A stretch of DNA of 31,829 nt, from NCBI GenBank assembly GCA_938017765.1, contig CALIJH010000167.1, forward strand, positions 1 through 31,829, given 5' to 3'. The notes beneath the pieces were generated by a model. That model was not told the DNA's origin. It did not search any database and saw nothing but the letters and a program-made list of their open reading frames with translations. Positions 25,412-31,829 of the stretch are shown piece by piece. How positions within the stretch are numbered: position 1 is the stretch's first letter; each line of letters begins with the position of its first letter. A program made the position numbers and the translations under genes. This DNA is from an uncultured Leptotrichia sp. (GTDB lineage: Bacteria; Fusobacteriota; Fusobacteriia; Fusobacteriales; Leptotrichiaceae).

Positions 25412-28400
25412 ATGATCAGTAATTTAGAAAAATTGAAAAAGGAGCTGAAATCTTTTGCAAAGAGGACAAAGGACTTTAAATACACGGATTCCGTATTGAT
25501 ATTGTTTCTTTTAGTAGGGGTTATAAGTCTTGTAGAAACGACTAATCTTTTCGCTGCCGGAGACAGTATAGGAGAGCAGAGAAAACAACTCAACAGTTCT
25601 ATCAGCAATATGAAACAGTCAATCAGAAAAGCACGGACAGAAAATAACAAACTTCTCAGTTCTGCCACAATAGAGCTTATCCAATTAATGGAACAGGGAG
25701 ATCATGTTGTAAAATCGCCTTGGAGTTCGTGGCAGTTTGGACAGAATTTTGAATATAATAATTGGCGTGGAACTTTTAAAGGGCGTGGAGACAAAACGGA
25801 AAAATATCCTTACGAAGGTTTATTTAAAAGGGGAAATTCCATATTTGAAAGATATGCTTCCCCTATCAGCCCAAACTATGACAGACTCTCGGCAATTTCA
25901 TCATTAAATAAAACGGATATATATTCGGCTTCATCGAATAATAGAGAAGGGATAGAGCCGGGTTATGGACTTGTGCGTATTCGTCAGGCGCAGGAGCCAA
26001 TTGTTGCAATTAATGTAGATGCTTCGATAAGACCAAAAGTGGTAGATGTGAGTATTCCAAATTTGGGAATACAGGCACCTTCATTAAATGCATTGAACGT
26101 ACCTAACTTAATTCCGCCTTCACTTAACATACCTACACCTGACCCGATTGTAGTACCTGACAAGACACCTAACATTGTGATAAATCCAACATTGGATTAC
26201 CGTTTTGCCGGGCGTAATATAGATGGTTTAGGATGGCCTCACAGAAGAGAAGCTAATGGACAAGGTAAACATTTCTGGTCCGGATGGAATCCGGATACAA
26301 ATCAGAAAGATAGAAGATCAGTATGGAAACATTCTTTAATTGGTGGGACACCTGATCCTATAAGAGTTCCAAACTTGATGTATGTAAATGCGGTAAACAG
26401 AAATCCGGGTTCAAGATGGAGAGCTTGGGATGCTACAATTGATATAGCCGGAGACCCTAGCTGGGGAGGAAGCGGACCAAATGATGCCAGAGGAACTATA
26501 GGAATCCATACAGTATGGGACGGAAGTATTGAAAACATACATGCAACTCTTCATGGATATTCAGCTTTTATTGCAACAGAAGGGTGGCATAGTGGAAAAG
26601 TAGATATAATTAATACAACTGTAGATGTTCAGGGAGAATACAATACAGTATTTCATAATTATCCGGGAGCATACTATACAATAGGAATAAATAATAATGA
26701 TTATCAGTCTTATCATCAAAGAGGGAAATATAGCGGAGATTTGAGAATAAATATAAATGCCAATAATAACTATATTTATACTGTTATGGGAGTTCAGGGA
26801 GCATATAAATATGACAATCTCTCAGACTATGTTATAAATGGTAATGGTAATATTGTTTATTTAGGAATAGGATATGTTCCAAATCTTGATACCCTTAGAA
26901 ATGGAGAAACAGGATTTCAAACTGGTAGGCCGATGATATCGGATTTGCGTCATGACGAAAACTTGACTCCTGTTATTCAGTTAGGAACACAAACAGGGGC
27001 GATACGTGTAAATGGTAATGGAAATGTTGGATTAATGTTTGAAAACTTGTATAGAAATTTCCATACCGGAGATAATTTGCCATACAATTCGCTTCATGAT
27101 TTCCGTGATTATGTTGAAGTAGAGCAAAATGGTTGGGCGAAAAGTGTAATAGGTATTTATCAAGGGGAAATTGAAATGGGAATGAAAATAGGAGAAACTT
27201 CTGAATCTAAAGGAAATGTAGGAATAATTTCAAGATCCGGTCAAAGGTCGTACATAATTCCAAGCTATGATTTGGGGGCACCTGATGATTATCTGAAACA
27301 AAAGTCTATAGATATAGCTTTTAATACAAAAGGAGTAACTTCACAGGGAATTCCGCTACTTGATGACGACCCGATACATAACCTTGAAATAGCAAAGGCT
27401 GAAATTTATTATGGTAAATATTCAACAGACGGAATATCTATTATAGCAGACAGAGGAACGGTAATAGATGTGGCAAGACCTGATAAAGCTAAAACTCCGT
27501 ATGTTCCTGATACAGATCCTAATGATGGCATTGATGACTCAAGAGCTGAACAACGTCAACCATACAAGGATGTAACTCCTTCAACTTCAATAAATGATTC
27601 AGCAGGAACAGTAATAAGTTCTGTAGATGATACAGTAAACCAAGCAGCGACAGGAACAATTATCGCTTATTCAAAAGGTGTTTGGAATAATGAATTTATG
27701 AACTCGAATATGTATAGCGATCCTATTGTAGATCTTTATGGTAAACCGAGTGAAGTTAATCTTTATGCGCCTGTAAGGCTGTCAGGAAGATCAGGATTTA
27801 CGCCTTCCGGTCAGGTAAATCCGTCAATTGCATTGTTTACCGAAGAATCCGGAATAATTAATGCTAAAGAAAAAGTTACTGCAATGGGATACGGATCAAT
27901 AGTTGCGTATGCAATGAACTATGGGGTTATAAATGCTGAAAAAGAAATTGTGGCTAAAGATGAATGGGCAGCAACAGATGACGCAACAAAGCCTTATCTA
28001 TATAATAATGTAGGGGCTTATGCCGGCTCTCTCGGTACAGTAAATGTAACTGGAAATGTAGATGTTCACGGTATAGGAGCTATGGCTTCAGGAGCGTATG
28101 CCGTCGTAAATCTTAACGGAACGGGAAATACAATCAGAACAGGAACAAAAGGTGGATTGGTCGCAACTCAAGGTGGAATAGTAAACTTTAAGGGTGGTAC
28201 AATTACACACGCTGAAAATGAAGAAGATGACCACGATTCAAGTACGCCAATGTTTGCTGATGCGACATCACACATAAACTTTACAGGACCTACAACAATT
28301 AACATTGCAAACGGTATCCTTATGCCGGGAACAACAGCCGATTATGAGGCAACAACTCCTAACGTTACAAAATATAACGGAATGAACAATGTAACAATAA

Positions 28401-31400
28401 ACTTGACAGGAGATGACGTTGTATTGCGTTCAAATAACGGACATGCACCTTTCCATTGGACCGGAGGTTCAATTATTGGAATAATAAAGAATGATATGAA
28501 ACTTGCAGCATTTAATGACAACGGGCATGTTCTTAAAATTTACTATATAAACGGACAGACATTTATAGATACTGATGTCAACTTGGATGACAATACAAAT
28601 GACTTTAACCGTATCAAAATGTCAAGAGAGCTTGTAACAATAAGTTCGGGAGTAGTAATAGGATCTTCTCAAGGAAAAGGGCTTGCAATGGGATCTAACA
28701 GCTCTGCGACGTCAGTTAATGATTCAGGGTATATAAATAAAGGCTCTTTAAACATTACTGGAGGAAATATTAACACAACAGCTGGACTTAATACAAGTTA
28801 CGGATTTATGGACAATCAGGGAATGGTTTATCTTGATAGCGGAATAGGTCTTTATGGAGTAAATGGAAGTAAATTCCTAAATAACACTAACGGAACAATC
28901 TATACTACCGGACAGGGAGTTGGAATGGCAGCGTTCGCTTCTGCTACATCGGGACTTCAAGACTACGGAACAGATAAAAAAATTAAAAACAGTGCATTAG
29001 GACTTCCAAATGGATTGACTGCCTCTGACAAAGTTCTTGATATGGAAAATAAAGGTATAATAGAAATAGATGGAGCACAGTCGGTAGGTATCTTTGGACA
29101 GACAAACGAAGTTGCCGCAACAAGAAGAACGCCGGCAACTCCAGCAGGACTTCTTACAGCACAAAACGGACTTATCACAAATACAGGTAGAATAATAATG
29201 AACGGAGACGAGTCTGTAGGTATCCTTGCCAAGAGAGTAACTGTAAATTTAGGCGGAACCGGAAGTTCGGATATTATTGTAGGAAATAAGGGTATTGGAG
29301 TATATACAGAAAAAACTCCTGTAAATATCGTATCTGCTACAGGAATTGAAGTGAAGGACAAAGGAGTCGGAGTATTCGTTAAAAATGACGGAAGTACAAT
29401 TTCAGGTTCGCCGCTTGAAATCAAATATACAGGTGCCGCTAATGAATCAGCAGCAGGAATATTCTATGAAGGCGGGACAAACCATACAAATACAGTAGAT
29501 GTAAATATGGTAAACAGAACAAGTGATAACGGAATTGTAGGAATATTCATAAATAACAGCGGAACACTTACAAATAACGCAACAATAAAAGACTTGAGCG
29601 GAAAAGGTTACGGAATCTACTCCCAAGGAGGAGATGTAGTTAATAACGGAACGCTCGTAATGGGAGAAGCCGGAAAAGGTATTTTAAGTACAGGCGGAAA
29701 TGTAACACTTGCACCCGGCTCAACAATCACATTAGGGCAAAATAATGCAATCGGTGTATATGCATTAGGTTCAGGAAGTACGGTTACAGCACAAAATGGA
29801 GCAAATATGACAATTGGAGACGGTTCATACGGATTCGTAAATAAAGGGAACGGAAATACGATAACAAGTAACGTGGCTTCACAAAGTCTACCAACTAACG
29901 CTGTATATGTTTATTCAGCTGACGGAGCGGGAACTGTAACAAATAATACACAGTTAGTTTCGACAGGTTCGGCTAACTATGGTATCTATGCAGCAGGAAA
30001 CATTGTAAATGATGCAGACATCAACTTCTCAAATGGAATTGGAAACGTAGGTATTTACAGTATAAATGGCGGTACTGCGGTAAATAAAATTGGAAGAAAA
30101 ATAACAGTAGGAGCTTCAAACCCGGATCCTAGGGAAAATCAATACGCAATCGGTATGGCGGCAGGATATGTAGGAGATTCGCAAATCGGTCCATATACAG
30201 GAAATATAACAAACTACGGTACAATTGATGTAAATGGTGAACTTGGTATCGGAATGTATGGAGCAACAGCTGGAACAACAGTAATAAATAACGGAACAAT
30301 AAACCTTAATGCAAGCAATACTACCGGAATGTACCTTGACAAAGGGGCATACGGTATAAACAACGGTATCATTAAATCTAATGGAACGGGACTTAAAAAA
30401 GTAATCGGAGTAGTTGTAAAATCAGGTTCGACTATTGAAAACAATGGAGTAATTGACATTGACGCTAAACAAGCGGTAGGATTGCTGACAAAAAGAGATG
30501 AAAGCGGAAACAATCCCGGAATTATAAGAAACTATGGAACATTGCACATAAGAGGGGTAGGCGCAACAGATGTCTATGAAACGCCTGCAAGGGAAGATAT
30601 TGGCAAAAATATGGCAGGAGTAAACATTCATGCACCGGCAGGGTCATCAGTAGCAACAATAACAGTAAACGGAGTACCTGTAGTACCTGAAATTGCAACA
30701 ACAACAGCTGAAGAATATACACCTATGGAAGTATCAACAATAGGAATGTATATTGATACGTCAAACAAGAGATTTACAACACCGGTTACAGGGCTAAGAT
30801 CGCTTGACAACCTTACAAATGCAGATTTGATAATCGGTACAGAAGCTGCTCGAAATACAACGAGCAAATATATCCAAATTTCTGAAAGAATATTGAAGCC
30901 GTATAACGATATGATAATTGCAAATCCTCAAATAGAAAAATGGAATATTTATGCAGGATCGCTTACTTGGATGGCAAGTATATCTCAAAATCAGACTGAC
31001 GGAACTATCCAGAATGCATACTTGGCTAAGGTACCATATACTGCGTGGGCAGGAGATAGAAGACTGTCAGGCATCAGTTCAGGTGATGAAGAGAGTAAAG
31101 CACCTAATACATTCAACTTTTTGAATGGTCTGGAACAAAGATACGGAGTGGAAGCAATAGGGACAGGAGAAAATAATCTGTTTCAAAAATTAAACAATAT
31201 AGGAAACAACGAAGAAGTGTTATTCTTCCAAGCAATAGATGAAATGATGGGACATCAGTATGCAAACGTGCAGCAGAGAATAAGCAGTACAGGAAAAGCC
31301 CTTGACAAAGAGATAAATAAACTGGGAAGAGAATGGGATACATCTTCGAAGAAATCAAACAAGATAACAACATTCGGTATAAGGGACGAGTATAAGACAA

Positions 31401-31829
31401 ATACAGCGGGAGTAATAAACTATACAAATAACGGATACGGAGTGGCTTATATAAATGAAAATGAAACGTTAAAACTTGGAAACAGCTCGGGCTGGTATGC
31501 AGGAGTAATACATAACAGTTTTAAATTTAAAGATATAGGAAAATCAAAAGAGAATACAACGATGCTGAAACTGGGAGTATATAAGACAAAAGCCTTTGAT
31601 AATAACGGAAGTCTGCAATGGACGATATCGGGAGAAGGATTTGTAAGTAGAAGTGAAATGGAAAGAAAATATCTTGTAGTAGATGAAGTTTTTAAAGCGA
31701 AGTCAGACTATACGTCATACGGAGTGGCAATGAAAAATGAAATCAGTAAAGAATTTAGAACGAGTGAAAATACAAGCATAAGACCGTATGGAAGTATAAA
31801 GTTTGAATACGGAAAGACAGGAAAGATAA
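25412..31829 (+). CDS. Giant type Va autotransporter (beta-helical passenger with beta-barrel translocator beginning near window end); partial, >2139 aa, 3' end beyond window
   Basis: A single open frame runs from ATG 25412 to the window end, preceded by GGAGG 10 nt upstream. It is absent from the ORF track only because it has no stop. The N-terminus MISNLEKLKKELKSFAKRTKDFKYTDSVLILFLLVGVISL is typical of Fusobacteriota autotransporters. The passenger has hundreds of Gly/Asn/Thr-rich beta-helix repeats. The last ~150 aa (…RPYGSIKFEYGKTGKI) look like the start of an autotransporter beta-barrel. Confidence 0.85.
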   Translation, partial: MISNLEKLKKELKSFAKRTKDFKYTDSVLILFLLVGVISLVETTNLFAAGDSIGEQRKQLNSSISNMKQSIRKARTENNKLLSSATIELIQLMEQGDHVVKSPWSSWQFGQNFEYNNWRGTFKGRGDKTEKYPYEGLFKRGNSIFERYASPISPNYDRLSAISSLNKTDIYSASSNNREGIEPGYGLVRIRQAQEPIVAINVDASIRPKVVDVSIPNLGIQAPSLNALNVPNLIPPSLNIPTPDPIVVPDKTPNIVINPTLDYRFAGRNIDGLGWPHRREANGQGKHFWSGWNPDTNQKDRRSVWKHSLIGGTPDPIRVPNLMYVNAVNRNPGSRWRAWDATIDIAGDPSWGGSGPNDARGTIGIHTVWDGSIENIHATLHGYSAFIATEGWHSGKVDIINTTVDVQGEYNTVFHNYPGAYYTIGINNNDYQSYHQRGKYSGDLRININANNNYIYTVMGVQGAYKYDNLSDYVINGNGNIVYLGIGYVPNLDTLRNGETGFQTGRPMISDLRHDENLTPVIQLGTQTGAIRVNGNGNVGLMFENLYRNFHTGDNLPYNSLHDFRDYVEVEQNGWAKSVIGIYQGEIEMGMKIGETSESKGNVGIISRSGQRSYIIPSYDLGAPDDYLKQKSIDIAFNTKGVTSQGIPLLDDDPIHNLEIAKAEIYYGKYSTDGISIIADRGTVIDVARPDKAKTPYVPDTDPNDGIDDSRAEQRQPYKDVTPSTSINDSAGTVISSVDDTVNQAATGTIIAYSKGVWNNEFMNSNMYSDPIVDLYGKPSEVNLYAPVRLSGRSGFTPSGQVNPSIALFTEESGIINAKEKVTAMGYGSIVAYAMNYGVINAEKEIVAKDEWAATDDATKPYLYNNVGAYAGSLGTVNVTGNVDVHGIGAMASGAYAVVNLNGTGNTIRTGTKGGLVATQGGIVNFKGGTITHAENEEDDHDSSTPMFADATSHINFTGPTTINIANGILMPGTTADYEATTPNVTKYNGMNNVTINLTGDDVVLRSNNGHAPFHWTGGSIIGIIKNDMKLAAFNDNGHVLKIYYINGQTFIDTDVNLDDNTNDFNRIKMSRELVTISSGVVIGSSQGKGLAMGSNSSATSVNDSGYINKGSLNITGGNINTTAGLNTSYGFMDNQGMVYLDSGIGLYGVNGSKFLNNTNGTIYTTGQGVGMAAFASATSGLQDYGTDKKIKNSALGLPNGLTASDKVLDMENKGIIEIDGAQSVGIFGQTNEVAATRRTPATPAGLLTAQNGLITNTGRIIMNGDESVGILAKRVTVNLGGTGSSDIIVGNKGIGVYTEKTPVNIVSATGIEVKDKGVGVFVKNDGSTISGSPLEIKYTGAANESAAGIFYEGGTNHTNTVDVNMVNRTSDNGIVGIFINNSGTLTNNATIKDLSGKGYGIYSQGGDVVNNGTLVMGEAGKGILSTGGNVTLAPGSTITLGQNNAIGVYALGSGSTVTAQNGANMTIGDGSYGFVNKGNGNTITSNVASQSLPTNAVYVYSADGAGTVTNNTQLVSTGSANYGIYAAGNIVNDADINFSNGIGNVGIYSINGGTAVNKIGRKITVGASNPDPRENQYAIGMAAGYVGDSQIGPYTGNITNYGTIDVNGELGIGMYGATAGTTVINNGTINLNASNTTGMYLDKGAYGINNGIIKSNGTGLKKVIGVVVKSGSTIENNGVIDIDAKQAVGLLTKRDESGNNPGIIRNYGTLHIRGVGATDVYETPAREDIGKNMAGVNIHAPAGSSVATITVNGVPVVPEIATTTAEEYTPMEVSTIGMYIDTSNKRFTTPVTGLRSLDNLTNADLIIGTEAARNTTSKYIQISERILKPYNDMIIANPQIEKWNIYAGSLTWMASISQNQTDGTIQNAYLAKVPYTAWAGDRRLSGISSGDEESKAPNTFNFLNGLEQRYGVEAIGTGENNLFQKLNNIGNNEEVLFFQAIDEMMGHQYANVQQRISSTGKALDKEINKLGREWDTSSKKSNKITTFGIRDEYKTNTAGVINYTNNGYGVAYINENETLKLGNSSGWYAGVIHNSFKFKDIGKSKENTTMLKLGVYKTKAFDNNGSLQWTISGEGFVSRSEMERKYLVVDEVFKAKSDYTSYGVAMKNEISKEFRTSENTSIRPYGSIKFEYGKTGKI

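Noticed and set aside
25378-31427. Many minus-strand ORFs (60-153 aa) across 25378-31427
   Set aside because: They all lie antisense to one continuous 6.4-kb plus-strand frame with autotransporter features. Their translations are Pro/Ile/Val/Ser-rich mirror images of the Gly/Asn/Thr-rich passenger repeats.
1-31829. CRISPR arrays, IS elements or transposases, integrases, rRNA/tRNA genes
   Set aside because: There are no regularly spaced direct repeats, no terminal inverted repeats flanking a transposase-like ORF, and no tRNA-like cloverleaf or T-loop GTTCRANYC signatures.

Overview
This is an AT-rich window whose genes look like a low-GC Fusobacteriota-type chromosome. The Leptotrichia/Fusobacterium placement is inferred only from sequence composition and from the N-terminus of the giant autotransporter. 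Genes in order: clpB (-), a secreted hypothetical protein, a lone GT4 glycosyltransferase, then an iron-uptake block. That block is an EfeO/EfeM-like lipoprotein, the Tat-dependent DyP peroxidase EfeB and an FTR1-family EfeU permease, followed directly by tatC and tatA. Next comes an unusual cytoplasmic three-gene cassette. Two of its proteins share the N-terminal 'MNK...KYPxTxxFF' module: one joins it to a periplasmic-binding-protein-like domain, the other to an ABC ATPase. A HypB/UreG-like (G3E) P-loop GTPase with Cys-rich motifs sits between them. There is no permease, and no signal peptide on the binding-protein-like protein. This cassette is the best candidate for an undescribed system, possibly a metal or cofactor handling module. 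Further along are yoaK (DUF1275, -), a GC-enriched 220-nt intergenic element driven by a perfect consensus sigma70 promoter (candidate sRNA), a Crp/Fnr regulator plus a DUF554 membrane protein (-), rplS, an unusually long signal peptidase I, a GNAT acetyltransferase, valS, a small glycine-zipper lipoprotein-NfeD-SPFH/stomatin operon, and the 5' >6.4 kb of a giant type Va autotransporter that runs off the window end. Several rho-independent terminators, promoters, a CIRCE-like inverted repeat upstream of clpB, a Fur-box-like region upstream of efeO, a 26-bp perfect palindrome and several short tandem repeats are also visible. No CRISPR array, rRNA/tRNA or obvious mobile element is present.
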